Positions 1 to 10,071 of a stretch of DNA of 64,000 bases are shown piece by piece (position 1 is the stretch's first letter; each line of letters opens with the position of its first letter). The stretch is from Candidatus Bathyarchaeota archaeon (GTDB lineage: Archaea > Thermoproteota > Bathyarchaeia > Bathyarchaeales > Bathycorpusculaceae). The translations under genes and the position numbers were made by a program. Below the pieces are notes generated by a model. The model was not told the origin of the DNA. It searched no databases and worked only from the letters and a program-made list of their open reading frames with translations. Location of the stretch: assembly GCA_013388895.1 (NCBI GenBank), contig JACAEK010000052.1, forward strand, positions 6,684-70,683, written 5' to 3'.

Positions 1-18
1 TAAGCAAACTAAGGCGAA

Positions 19-267
19 TCATTTGAGCCTTTTTGCCGTCTGCAAAGTCTTTTCAGCTGTTAATGTGCAAAAGAGAAAATCATCAATAGTGGCGATAAAT
101 GTCGGCAAACCTTTTTTGCATCTTATTGTCGTTAAGACCTTGCCATCTTTCCATGTTGTTTCTATCGTTAAGCCTTTTGGTGTTTTGAAGTTGTCTGGCG
201 AAACTGCCTTCGCTACGGCTTCTCCAATTTTCATATTGTCATACTCAAGCACTATTTCCGCTTCCAA
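19..267 (-). CDS. pcc1: KEOPS complex subunit Pcc1
   Basis: 82 aa with AVSPDN and TFIATIDDFL motifs; conserved rps15-GAN-pcc1 gene order. Confidence 0.85.
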   Translation of the reverse strand: MEAEIVLEYDNMKIGEAVAKAVSPDNFKTPKGLTIETTWKDGKVLTTIRCKKGLPTFIATIDDFLFCTLTAEKTLQTAKRLK

Positions 268-1717
268 TTTTTTCGCCCTTCAACTGTTTCCCGACAAGCT
301 CATCAACAATTTTGATAAAGTCGCCAATTCTCTCTATTGGAACTTGGGCGCCTGCTGCCACATTGTGTCCTCCACCTTTTCCTCCGTAGTTTTCAGCCGC
401 AATTCTCATGACTTCGCTTAAGTCAATTCCCCGGTTTACCATTGTGTCAATGGTCCTTGCAGAAATTTTCGCCAAACCTTCACCTTCAACGTTTGCATAA
501 GCAATCAACGGTTTTTCAGGGTTAGGAAGACTCGCTGAAAGTATGGACGAGATTGCGCCCACTATTTTGTCGTTAATGAAATTTTCGCCATAAACAACAT
601 ATATGTTGTCAAATTCCTTCTTTCTTTCAGGCTTTTCCATTATCCAGCCAAGGTACTTGTTGATGTTTCGCCTATACTCTTCCAAAACTTTGTTTGCCTC
701 TTCAAGGGCTGAACTTCTATCTCCCATGCAAATCGCAACGCCCAAACTTGCACTGTCCATACGTCCCGTTGCGTTTAATAAAACTGCGAATTCTCTTGCA
801 TCTCTGAGTGGAGTCCAAGGCTCTTCACGGTTTAAGACGTAGACATGTCCAACGAGATTGGTTACTTCATAATGTAAGCCTTTTGACAACAAGTAGTCTG
901 CAAGAGCTGAGCACAAGCGCTTTTTTTCTTCGTCAGAAAGGTCTCTCAGCGCTCGCCATCTATCACCAAGCCTCGGTTTAATGTCCAAGCTTGCTAAGAA
1001 AGCTAAACTTTTGTCCTCTTCACCGCTTATGCCAGGAATGAACGGACTAGTTGTAGACGCTAGTGTTTTGTGGATTGGGCGGGTTTCTCTGCCAAAAAAT
1101 ATCAAGTCTTGCTCAACCGTTAAAAGCTTCGCATCTGTTGCATCTTCCACAATTTTTTCGTTCAATCCGCCTAACTTACGTTGGTCATACTTGTCTTGCA
1201 GGTCTCCCAAAGCACCAACAATAGCCACAGGCGCCAAATCTACATTAACCTTATCAACATTCTTAGCCACAAAATATGCCACACCAGCACCGCTGATGTC
1301 TTTTGCGCCATCTATTCTGAACAAATGAGGATTCACATGCACGACATGGTCAGATTCTTCGCCAACAATTTGATGATGATCCAAAACTACTATCTCAAAA
1401 TTTGCGAGCTTCTCATTTAACAGCTCCATGTAGCCGCTTCCAAAATCATTGAAAATTATCAATTGTGGCTTATCTGAGAGGAGTTCTCCCACAATCTTTT
1501 CGTCCACCCACTGCGTAATCCTAACGCGAAATTTCGAATCAAGCCTAAACAAAGTCTTCCCAACAATTCCTGCCGCCGCAACTCCATCCGCATCCAAATG
1601 CGAAAAAATGTGGATAAAACCATCTTCCTTCACAACTTCTCGAATGGTCTCAGCTGCTTTCTTGGCGGAATTTAAAAAGCCTTCAACATCTGCGTTCTCT
1701 GAAGCCATGGCAATCAC
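245..1717 (-). CDS. DHH-family RecJ/Cdc45-like nuclease (GINS-associated nuclease GAN-like)
   Basis: HLDADG, DFG, LDHH motifs and C-terminal GGGH (DHHA1); lies between rps15 and pcc1. Confidence 0.85.
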   Translation of the reverse strand: MIAMASENADVEGFLNSAKKAAETIREVVKEDGFIHIFSHLDADGVAAAGIVGKTLFRLDSKFRVRITQWVDEKIVGELLSDKPQLIIFNDFGSGYMELLNEKLANFEIVVLDHHQIVGEESDHVVHVNPHLFRIDGAKDISGAGVAYFVAKNVDKVNVDLAPVAIVGALGDLQDKYDQRKLGGLNEKIVEDATDAKLLTVEQDLIFFGRETRPIHKTLASTTSPFIPGISGEEDKSLAFLASLDIKPRLGDRWRALRDLSDEEKKRLCSALADYLLSKGLHYEVTNLVGHVYVLNREEPWTPLRDAREFAVLLNATGRMDSASLGVAICMGDRSSALEEANKVLEEYRRNINKYLGWIMEKPERKKEFDNIYVVYGENFINDKIVGAISSILSASLPNPEKPLIAYANVEGEGLAKISARTIDTMVNRGIDLSEVMRIAAENYGGKGGGHNVAAGAQVPIERIGDFIKIVDELVGKQLKGEKIGSGNSA

Positions 1718-1796
1718 ACTACGCTAAGAAACCAAATTATTTAAGGATTTAAAAGAAGTTACAAAAGCTTCTTGACAAAAACGACGGCATAAGAGT

Positions 1797-2237
1797 TTAG
1801 GTTAGAGACGCTATTTTCGGTTCGTATTTCCAATTGGATGGCAGAATTCCTTCTCGTTTGTAATATCGTGAAAGTTTGTGGACTTTTGCCTCTATTATTT
1901 GGAGCGCTCTTTTATTGTGCAAATCTCTTCTGTTTTTTTCATAATGCACTGCTAGGCTTTCAGCCTTCTTCAGTAGAGCGCCTAAATCTTCAGGTGTTGC
2001 TGGCGCCAAATCCGCACCTTTTAGAATTTTGGTTATTGCCTTTCCTGTTATTGGCTTCACTAATGGTATTGCATAATTGTCGCGTAGGATTGTTCCTATG
2101 CGGCTTGGTGTGTTGCCTTCTCTTGCCAATTTGACAATGAGGGCTTCCACTTCTTCCGGCTGGTATTTGCACCAGCTTGGAGATCTTTTGCTTACGGGTC
2201 TTGTCTGATGCGACTTTCCCTTTTCCTGTTTTGGCAT
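1797..2237 (-). CDS. rps15: 30S ribosomal protein uS15 (archaeal S15/S13e type)
   Basis: KGKSHQTRP, PSRIGTILRD, PEDL, KLSRYYK, NWKY; start set at ATG 2237. Confidence 0.95.
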   Translation of the reverse strand: MPKQEKGKSHQTRPVSKRSPSWCKYQPEEVEALIVKLAREGNTPSRIGTILRDNYAIPLVKPITGKAITKILKGADLAPATPEDLGALLKKAESLAVHYEKNRRDLHNKRALQIIEAKVHKLSRYYKREGILPSNWKYEPKIASLT

Positions 2238-2424
2238 TTTCCTATTCCCTTGAACTCTGTATGAGCGAGGAAAGACCAATATTTAAGACTATTGATTTCC
2301 TTTAGAAGCTGATTGCTGTGTCTGCGCTTTGTAATTTCAGTATTCATATGCTATGAACGATAGAGGAATTAGAAATCCAAGGAATTGATCACCCAAATTC
2401 CTCTCTCAGATTCATTTGCTAATC

Positions 2425-3072
2425 TCATTTGTGTTGCTTATACCAGTTTGCAAAGCTTTCCAGCGCTTCTGCACGATGTGAATATCTATTTTTTTCTCTC
2501 ATTGTCATTTCCGCAAAAGTTTTGCCACTTTTTGCAGGCTTAAAAATTGGGTCAAAACCAAACCCAGATTTACTCTTTCCTCTTCTTTCTTCACGTGTTA
2601 TTTCTCCAATAACTTCTCCTCTAAAACAAATAGGCGCCCTCAGTTCGGATGCATAATAGGCTATTACTGATTGGAATATTGCATTTCTGCTTTCAACGTT
2701 CTCCATAAGTTTCAACAAGCCGACATTGCCTATGGTTTTATAGGCATATGCGGCGTAAGGTCCTGGAAACCCAATCAACGCATCAATAAACAGTCCAGCG
2801 TCTTCAACTATAAGTGGCAGATGGCAATGCCTAAACGCCTCTATGACGCTTGTCTCCGCAATTTTCTCCAAGCTGTCGCTTTGAATCTCCAACGTTTTGA
2901 CTCGGAGCATGCCCACAGCTATTTTGTGTTTCGCAAAGATCATGCGGGCTTCGTTAAACTTGTGCACATTATTTGTGGCGAAAAATATGACTTTGCGTTT
3001 AAACCCGATAGTCATGCATCTCACTTCTTTGTTATTCGCTTTTGGCTTTTCTTTCAGCAATGTATCTTCCAC
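2425..3072 (-). CDS. rdgB: Non-canonical purine NTP pyrophosphatase (RdgB/HAM1)
   Basis: FATNNVHK, EDAGL, GFPGPY, GFGFDPIF, SHR motifs; true start may be slightly downstream. Confidence 0.92.
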   Translation of the reverse strand: MEDTLLKEKPKANNKEVRCMTIGFKRKVIFFATNNVHKFNEARMIFAKHKIAVGMLRVKTLEIQSDSLEKIAETSVIEAFRHCHLPLIVEDAGLFIDALIGFPGPYAAYAYKTIGNVGLLKLMENVESRNAIFQSVIAYYASELRAPICFRGEVIGEITREERRGKSKSGFGFDPIFKPAKSGKTFAEMTMREKNRYSHRAEALESFANWYKQHK

Positions 3073-3697
3073 GTCTTTCTATTTCTCTTATCTTATCTAG
3101 AATGTCTCTAACATTTTTAGCGCCTAAAACCTTAGAGTACCCCTTAACCACTGCTTCGAAACAATCTTCGGCAAAGCGGAAATGCGTACTCTGTAACGCT
3201 CTTTTCATAAGATGCAAGTCAACGCCTTTGGACTCTAACTCCTTTGTTTTTTCGCCGAGACCAAAATCTACAAAGAAAATTTTGTCGTCAGGATTCAGAA
3301 TCATGTTTGAAGTGGTTAAGTCGCCATGAATTATTCCGTTTTTATGCAATCTACCTATTAACTCTCCAATTTTAAGACATAGGCTTTGTCTTTCTTCTTC
3401 TGTTGCTTCACCTAACAACCATTTCAATTGTTTTCCTTCGATAAACTCCATTATTATCGTTGCATTTGCCAAATCAACGAGAAAGATTGTAGGTGTCGGC
3501 ACTCCACCCTTTTTGGCTTCGTGCATCAATTGTGGCTCGTGTATTGTTCTATAGGCGCGGACTTGCTCATCCAATTCTGATGGGCGATATTTCTTGGGCG
3601 AACGCTTTTTCATGACCACTTTTTTACCATGCCAATCTGCAAGATAGAGATTAGCTTCTGCTCCTTTCTTAATTAAGAACGGTTTCAGCTTATCCAC
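3032..3697 (-). CDS. bud32: KEOPS kinase/ATPase Bud32
   Basis: KGAEA, HGDLTTSN, DFGL, RGRY motifs; adjacent to kae1. Confidence 0.93.
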   Translation of the reverse strand: MDKLKPFLIKKGAEANLYLADWHGKKVVMKKRSPKKYRPSELDEQVRAYRTIHEPQLMHEAKKGGVPTPTIFLVDLANATIIMEFIEGKQLKWLLGEATEEERQSLCLKIGELIGRLHKNGIIHGDLTTSNMILNPDDKIFFVDFGLGEKTKELESKGVDLHLMKRALQSTHFRFAEDCFEAVVKGYSKVLGAKNVRDILDKIREIERRGRYIAERKAKSE

Positions 3698-4722
3698 GGA
3701 ATTTCAACCTCTTCGAGACGCCACCGCAACTTAACAAAACTTTTTTCGATGGGAGTAACTGCGCCGTGCTGATATGCTAGTACTCCCGTCCATGCTATCA
3801 TTGCACCGTTGTCGATGGCAAATTGGGTAGGCACAGTACGGAATCTTGCGTTATGTTCTTCCGCAATAACCTTAACCATGGACTGCAACCGTTTGTTGGC
3901 TGCGACGCCTCCGGTTAACAAAACCTCTTTTTTCTCTGTATGCGCCAAGGCTCGTTCAGTAACTTCTGTAACCATTGAAAACGCTGTTTCTTGGAGACTG
4001 TAGCACAAGTCTTCAAGGCTATATTCTCTTTTTTTGAGCAAATTGACTGCAGCTGTTAGTAAACCACTGAAGGACGTGTCCATCCCTTTAACAGTGTAAG
4101 GCAGTGCAATCAACTGACCACCTTTCAACGCAAGTTTTTCCACAAGCGCTCCAAACGGCAAACCCACTTTCTGCCGCAATCCCGCTTCACGCGCAAAAAC
4201 GTCCAAACAATTTCCAAGAGCAATATCCAACGTCTCACCAAAGACTCTGTAACGTCTAGAATCGAAAGCCGCAACGATGCTGTTTCCTCCAGAAACATAC
4301 AGCGTGATTGGGTCTTTTGCATCAGTTTGGAGCTTTCCTATCTCTATGTGGGCTATGCAATGGTTTACTCCAATAAGCGGAATCTCGAGATAAGAAGCCA
4401 AAGCACGAGCAACAGTTGCTCCAGTGCGGAGACATGGCCCTAAACCGGGACCTTGAGAAAACGCAACAATAGACAAGTTCCTTGGTTTTATTTCTGCATT
4501 TGTGAATGCTTCTTCTAGGACCTTGCTTGCTACTTCGGCATGATGTCTCGCTGCTTCTCGAGGATGGATTCCCCCTTCTTCAGGCATGTATACGCTTATC
4601 ATGTTAGCTAATATTTCGCCTTCAAACGTGGATATTCCAACGCTGAAGTCATCAGCCGTTGACTCTATCCCAAGACAGTATTGTTCACTCGCTTTTTTCT
4701 TCGTCATTTCATTATCCTGCAA
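3685..4722 (-). CDS. kae1: KEOPS N6-threonylcarbamoyltransferase Kae1
   Basis: LGIESTA, GGIHPREAA, GPGLGPCL, HCIAH, VSGGN, DNGAMIA motifs. Confidence 0.96.
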   Translation of the reverse strand: MQDNEMTKKKASEQYCLGIESTADDFSVGISTFEGEILANMISVYMPEEGGIHPREAARHHAEVASKVLEEAFTNAEIKPRNLSIVAFSQGPGLGPCLRTGATVARALASYLEIPLIGVNHCIAHIEIGKLQTDAKDPITLYVSGGNSIVAAFDSRRYRVFGETLDIALGNCLDVFAREAGLRQKVGLPFGALVEKLALKGGQLIALPYTVKGMDTSFSGLLTAAVNLLKKREYSLEDLCYSLQETAFSMVTEVTERALAHTEKKEVLLTGGVAANKRLQSMVKVIAEEHNARFRTVPTQFAIDNGAMIAWTGVLAYQHGAVTPIEKSFVKLRWRLEEVEIPWIS

Positions 4723-4799
4723 TGTTGAATTTATCCACAGTTAAACATACACCTTTTTATTTAAAACTGTGTATATATAATGTGGAAGATTTGGAATCG

Positions 4800-5183
4800 A
4801 TGGAAATGTCAAAACGTAATGACTTAGAACATAAAGCCCTACAGCATATCATAAATACAGGCTTTGATGGCATCCTTCAATCCGATCTGTGGCGGAAACT
4901 GGGTGCAAGTAGTAGGGAAGGCTCTCGAATAGCCTTGAAGCTGGAAGAAAAGAAACTTGTTCGAAGGGAGAAGGAACTCCGTGATGGAAGATGGACTTAC
5001 AGGCTTTATCCAAAGAGGCTGCCAGCTAAGATAGATTCGATAGCTGATGTTCCATGTTTAATGTGTCCAGATAACCCAAGATGTGACCCATCCAGCTCAA
5101 TCTCGCCTCAAGGCTGCGATAAGCTGACTGATTGGCTTCTCTCCATATCAAAAAATGAAGCTGGCTCTTTAGGTGACAGCTAG
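4800..5183 (+). CDS. Archaeal RPC34/hRPC39-like transcription factor (TFE-beta): winged helix plus 4-Cys cluster
   Basis: GILQSDLWRKL..SREGSR wHTH, then C-terminal CLMC-x5-C-x10-C..LTDWL; start set at ATG 4800 or 4806. Confidence 0.75.
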   Translation: MEMSKRNDLEHKALQHIINTGFDGILQSDLWRKLGASSREGSRIALKLEEKKLVRREKELRDGRWTYRLYPKRLPAKIDSIADVPCLMCPDNPRCDPSSSISPQGCDKLTDWLLSISKNEAGSLGDS

Positions 5184-5185
5184 TT

Positions 5186-5803
5186 TTGCCTAAAGCATGG
5201 ATTCAACAAAGAAAAAAGGATTATTATTACAAAAAAGCGAAAGAAGAGAAATATCGCTCTAGAGCAGCTTACAAGCTTCTTCAAGCAATTGAAAAGTACC
5301 ATTTCATGAAAAGCGGCGATGTCGTCGTTGATTTGGGCGCTGCACCCGGCGGCTGGATCCAAGCTGCAAGAAAAATTGTTGGAAGCAAAGGCTTTATCTT
5401 AGGCGTAGACTTGAAGCCGATTGAGCCTTTTTCGCAAACTAATGTTCGACCTACTATAGGAGATTTAACTGAACCAGCAACACTTAGGCAGATCTTAAGC
5501 ACGCTTCCAAGAAAGGCTGATGCCGTAACATCTGACGCTTCACCGAACATCTCTGGAATCTGGGAAGTTGATCACGCCCGCCAAATAGACTTGGCGGAAC
5601 AATCATTAAATATAGCATTGGAAACGCTTAGGTCTTCCGGAAGCTTCTTTGTAAAAGTCTTCGAAGGAGACATGCTTAACGACTTCATTGCAAAAATAAG
5701 AGAGCATTTTCAGGTTGTGAGGATAATAAAGCCTAAGGCGAGTCGAGCCAAAAGTTCTGAACTGTTTATTCTTGGAATGCGCTTAAAAAAGGCGTTGGAT
5801 TAG
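5186..5803 (+). CDS. rlmE: 23S rRNA 2'-O-methyltransferase RlmE/FtsJ
   Basis: YRSRAAYKL, DLGAAPGGW, SDASP, KPKASR motifs. Confidence 0.95.
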   Translation: MPKAWIQQRKKDYYYKKAKEEKYRSRAAYKLLQAIEKYHFMKSGDVVVDLGAAPGGWIQAARKIVGSKGFILGVDLKPIEPFSQTNVRPTIGDLTEPATLRQILSTLPRKADAVTSDASPNISGIWEVDHARQIDLAEQSLNIALETLRSSGSFFVKVFEGDMLNDFIAKIREHFQVVRIIKPKASRAKSSELFILGMRLKKALD

Positions 5804-5854
5804 CGGCAAACATAAATTCTAATTGGCTCTATTGAAAGGCATGGTGAAAAAGAT

Positions 5855-6547
5855 TTGAGAATCATCGCCGCAGATTCTTCGTCCGCCATTCTGACTGACA
5901 GTTTTGAACCTTTAACAATTGTGGCAGCTGCATCAGTGTTAGTTTGTCCCCCATATAGAGAGGCGAAAGCTTGTTTAGCCGAAGCAATTTTTGCAGACGC
6001 AAAGTGTGGACACGAGCTTATAGTGCATGAGGCGGAGCTTTGCAAAGACTTACTCGCAAAAGCAAAGGCTGACATTGTACACTTAGACATGTCTTTAGGC
6101 GCAATTCCATTGGAACAATTATCGCCAATCGAATTCTCTAACATGAAAATCTCCAGCAGAGCCAAACGTCATCTTCTGAAAATTCTGCCCAGATTAAGAA
6201 AAATCGCTAATGAAGTCACACAAAAACATGGAATTGAGGTTTTAGCCATAGGAAAAGAAAGCATCCCTGTAAGAATCGCAGAATTGACAGCAGGAGCAAA
6301 CGCAATCTTGTATACATGCGAAAAAGGCATAAAGGAAAACAAAACTCTAACATTGGGATTACCCTCTAAATGTCAACCTAGGTTAACTGAAAAACGGGTG
6401 TACCTTTACTCTCTTATTGCCGCTGAACATGACATTAGAGGCTACGCAGAAGATACAAATGAAGTTCTGAAAAAAGCTAATATTAGTGAAATGCTGAATC
6501 CCATTGCAAGAGGTTTTAGGATTTTGCACATCACTCCAAGAGCTTAA
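5855..6547 (+). CDS. Conserved archaeal protein (DUF4152-like)
   Basis: MRIIAADS, HLDMSLG, IGKESIPVRIAEL motifs. Confidence 0.6.
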   Translation: MRIIAADSSSAILTDSFEPLTIVAAASVLVCPPYREAKACLAEAIFADAKCGHELIVHEAELCKDLLAKAKADIVHLDMSLGAIPLEQLSPIEFSNMKISSRAKRHLLKILPRLRKIANEVTQKHGIEVLAIGKESIPVRIAELTAGANAILYTCEKGIKENKTLTLGLPSKCQPRLTEKRVYLYSLIAAEHDIRGYAEDTNEVLKKANISEMLNPIARGFRILHITPRA

Positions 6548-6599
6548 AAGACAAACCTTTTTTATATCGAATCAGATTGCGTTAGAAGAGTGAGCTAAA

Positions 6600-7265
6600 A
6601 TGGAGGAGAAAGCCAGCACTGTTATCTCTCCTAGTGTAGCTATTCTTGCTATTGTAGTGACTTTTCTAGTTGCCCTTTTTGGCGGTGCTACACTTGCCAT
6701 GTTGTTTGGATATGAAGTAGCCTTAGCTGTGTCAGAGTTGCTTCTAATTATCGTTCCGCTAGGTTATATGTTATATAAAAAAATCAACATTGGACACTAT
6801 ATAGGACTGGACGTAAAACCGCTGAAAATCCTTTTAGGCTTAGGCTTAGGAGGTTTCGTCTTCTTATTCGATGTGCTAATTTCCAATTTGCTATACATCG
6901 TTTTTGGGCCAAGTGCGGCTATTGAAGAAGCTAATACGCAAATCATGGAACTCAGTGCCTCACCAAGCGGCCTCATTGCAGTAATAATCGCCTTGTGTTT
7001 AGCTGGAATATGCGAAGAACTGACCTTCAGAGGTTTTCTTCAAAACGCTATTAATAGCAAATATTCTTTTGCTGTTGCTTTGCTTGTTTCATCTTTAGCC
7101 TTTGGATTCTTTCATTTTGACCTGCAAGGTATCTATACCCTTTCAGCTTTCATCGTTGGACTAGTATTGGGTCTGATCTATCACCATTGGCGTTCTTATG
7201 TCGTTTCTGCTGTTACGCATTCCACTGTAAATCTGATAGCGCTAGCAATAATGCTCCTCATATAG
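6600..7265 (+). CDS. CPBP/Abi (CAAX-like) intramembrane metalloprotease
   Basis: EELTFRG, FGFFH and H-x3-N motifs; hydrophobic. Confidence 0.9.
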   Translation: MEEKASTVISPSVAILAIVVTFLVALFGGATLAMLFGYEVALAVSELLLIIVPLGYMLYKKINIGHYIGLDVKPLKILLGLGLGGFVFLFDVLISNLLYIVFGPSAAIEEANTQIMELSASPSGLIAVIIALCLAGICEELTFRGFLQNAINSKYSFAVALLVSSLAFGFFHFDLQGIYTLSAFIVGLVLGLIYHHWRSYVVSAVTHSTVNLIALAIMLLI

Positions 7266-7280
7266 AGGTAGACAGAATAT

Positions 7281-8150
7281 TCACGTTTTCTTCTGTGTTT
7301 TAGTGACTTCTAAGCTTATGTCTAATGGTTTTGGATTGGCAGTTATTTCCCCTAAACTTACAATGTTCACGCCTCTGGAAGCAAATGCTATGATATTCTC
7401 TGAAGTTATTCCACCACTGGCTTCCAGCAAAATTTTCCCATAAAAACCAGCTTTTTTTAGTAGTTTTACTGCTTTTTCTACTTGTTTTGGAGAAAAATTA
7501 TCCAACATGATTATGTCAACTCCAGTTTTTGCTGCAGTAATAACATCGTTAATGTTTATCACTTCCACTTCGATTTTCTTGCTGAAAGATGCCTTTTCTT
7601 TAGCTGCTTTCACAGCTTTCTCCATGCTGCCTGCCACTACGATGTGGTTGTCTTTTATTAAAATCATGTCGTCTAAATGAAGTCTATGCGTGTCGCCTCC
7701 ACCTATTGAAACTGCTTTTTTATCAAAGTAGAGAAGTCCGGGCGCTGTTTTTCTTGTGCATGCAACTCTCGTCTCAAGCCCAGCCTTCAGAAGTCTGTCT
7801 TTCAATTTTCTTGTAGTTGTCGCTATGCCACTCATGCGAGACATAATGTTTAGAAGAGTACGTTCTGCCGAAAGTATTGTTCTTGTGTCTCCAAAGATTT
7901 TCATCAGTATCTGTTTTGGTTTTATTCCTTCTCCGTCCGCGACCAAAGTTTTAACTTTGAGCTGTAGACTTTCGAGAAGAATTTTCGCCTCCTCTATACC
8001 CGCCACTACGCCTGCTTCTTTCGCTATTACTTCTGCTTCTGCCACGCTTATTTCGGAAACAACGAGCGCAGTGGTTATGTCACCTTGCCCCAAATCTTCA
8101 GCAAGCATTATTCGAAGTTTTTCTTCCAAAATTTTTCGCGGCAAGAACAT
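7281..8150 (-). CDS. nadC: Nicotinate-nucleotide pyrophosphorylase (QPRTase)
   Basis: EDLGQGDIT, TRKT, HR-x4-D, KDNH, IMLDN, EASGGI motifs. Confidence 0.96.
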   Translation of the reverse strand: MFLPRKILEEKLRIMLAEDLGQGDITTALVVSEISVAEAEVIAKEAGVVAGIEEAKILLESLQLKVKTLVADGEGIKPKQILMKIFGDTRTILSAERTLLNIMSRMSGIATTTRKLKDRLLKAGLETRVACTRKTAPGLLYFDKKAVSIGGGDTHRLHLDDMILIKDNHIVVAGSMEKAVKAAKEKASFSKKIEVEVININDVITAAKTGVDIIMLDNFSPKQVEKAVKLLKKAGFYGKILLEASGGITSENIIAFASRGVNIVSLGEITANPKPLDISLEVTKTQKKT

Positions 8151-8186
8151 ACTTCATCAATTAAATGTTTAGCTTAAAATACTTGT

Positions 8187-9362
8187 TTATTTTTCTGCTA
8201 CTTCATTTATGATTTTGACAGCGTTTTCCAAGCCGCTATGTTTTAGGGCTTCCTGCTGAACTTCCTCGGCTCTTTTAAAAATCTGACTTTTTAAGACATG
8301 TTGAATAGTTGTTAGGAGCTTTTCTCTAGTTAATTTTTCTTGTTGAATAATTTCTGCAATGCCCAAGTTTTTGGCTTGTTTAGCATTGATGAGCTGTTCT
8401 GTATGACTTGGCGTAGGTATAAGTATCATTGGTTTGCCATAGCACATGCACTGCGTTAGGGTTCCATGTCCTGCTCGGCTTATTACCAAATCGCTGGCTT
8501 TTAAGTACTCAAAGCGATTCGGCAGCCACTTGTAAATTGTGACGTTACCATGATGTGTAGGTTTGTCGTCAGTGCTTGGATAACCGAGTGAGATTACGAT
8601 TTCGTAGTCTTCAGGAAACTCGAGTAGGATTTTTCGCAGTATCCCTGTTAGGAAGGCTCTTTCTTTGATTGGACCACTTATAGGTGCAAAAATAACCGGC
8701 TTATCGATTGGCAGTTCTAAACGCTTGCGCAATTCCTTTTCCGTTCGCAGCTGATTTGGATGCACAGGTAATATTGGACCTATCAGTTTCACATTTTTCT
8801 TATAGAATTTTGGAATGTTTAGGTTGCCAGCAGAAATCGTGTAAGGCGAAGGAAAGTCAGGTATTAAAAGAGTATTTCCACCCGTCCAAATTTTCCCAAT
8901 AAGCGTAAGCGTAATAAAGTCTGCAAACTTTGCCAATCGCAGAAAACGTTTTTTCCGTGGGATAATTGCTTGGAACTGGTTTAAGATGCAAATTCTGGGT
9001 ATTCTTAAAGCTCTTGCCGCCAAAAGAGGTGAGGCGCGAGAATCCGAAACAACAACATCTGGTTTAAAGTTTTCAATGAACCTGATTTCAGCATTGATTT
9101 GCTTCAAAAAGGTGAATGAAGCCAAAAAAGGCCCTGGATTTATCGCTGTTTGCCTAAAATCTACAGTCCCATCAGGTTTGACTTGAAAGCCTATGGGTGG
9201 AGCCTCAATAAGTGGAAGTTTTTCGCGTTCAACATAACCTCTGCCTTCTCGATAAGTGGAAAAAACTATTTCAACATCTTTCTAGGCGAGTTTCTTCGCT
9301 ATTGGAACGCATCTTCCAACATGTCCTAAGCCAATACCGCAAGGAGCAAAATAAACCCTCAT
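8187..9362 (-). pseudogene. GT28/MurG-like glycosyltransferase with an in-frame TAG at codon 27
   Basis: ATG 9362 gives MRVYFAPCGIGLGHVGRC..; TAG at 9284-9282; the frame continues through ISRAGH and HTEQ to the stop at 8187. Confidence 0.75.
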
Positions 9363-9366
9363 GAAA

Positions 9367-9993
9367 CTATTTCCCGCCGAGGGCTTTCCGCCTGATTTCG
9401 CCCTCTGGTTTTTCTTCCTCAAATACTATAGCTTTAAACTTGTAAATCCTTGTGTTTTCGATTAGCCAATTGTCAGGTGGCAAATATGCTTTAATACAGC
9501 ATTGGCATAGGAATTCTTCTTCGTTCCATTCATATTCTACAGGCACTTGAGGTAAAAGTAAGCCTTTAAACATGCCCTTTTCAACGATTAACCCGTCTTT
9601 TCCAACTTTAATCTTAGATGGATATTCGCTAGATTTTTTTACTTCTATTAACTCAGGAGGCGTAAGTACGCTTACTTCAAAAACTACGTTATCAAGTTCG
9701 TCTAAGGAAAGTGGACAAAAGCGAGGGTCTTCTGTTGCTGAGCATATGGCAGATTCTATAACTGCCTTGGCAAGTGGAGTAGTGGGATACGGGTAGCCTA
9801 TGCACCCTCGCAGTTCTTTTTCTCCATTTTTCATTGTGCTTATTGTAACGAATACTCCACAAGGTTGCAAAAACTTTTCAGAAACATCTTTAGAAACACT
9901 GATTCTCTTCCCTGTTTTCAGATACTCGTTTACAGCTCTGCGGGCTAACGTTACTAAGAATTGGCCTTCTTCTAGGCTTAGGTCAAACGACAC
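9367..9993 (-). CDS. AMMECR1-domain protein
   Basis: GVFVT, LRGCIG, DPRF, EVSVLT, LLPQV motifs. Confidence 0.92.
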   Translation of the reverse strand: MSFDLSLEEGQFLVTLARRAVNEYLKTGKRISVSKDVSEKFLQPCGVFVTISTMKNGEKELRGCIGYPYPTTPLAKAVIESAICSATEDPRFCPLSLDELDNVVFEVSVLTPPELIEVKKSSEYPSKIKVGKDGLIVEKGMFKGLLLPQVPVEYEWNEEEFLCQCCIKAYLPPDNWLIENTRIYKFKAIVFEEEKPEGEIRRKALGGK

Positions 9994-10071
9994 TTTACAT
10001 TTTCCACCATTCGCAGCAGCAGTCTCTGCTAAGCAGAATCAATATTGTATCTTTTACAAAAAGGTTTAAGT

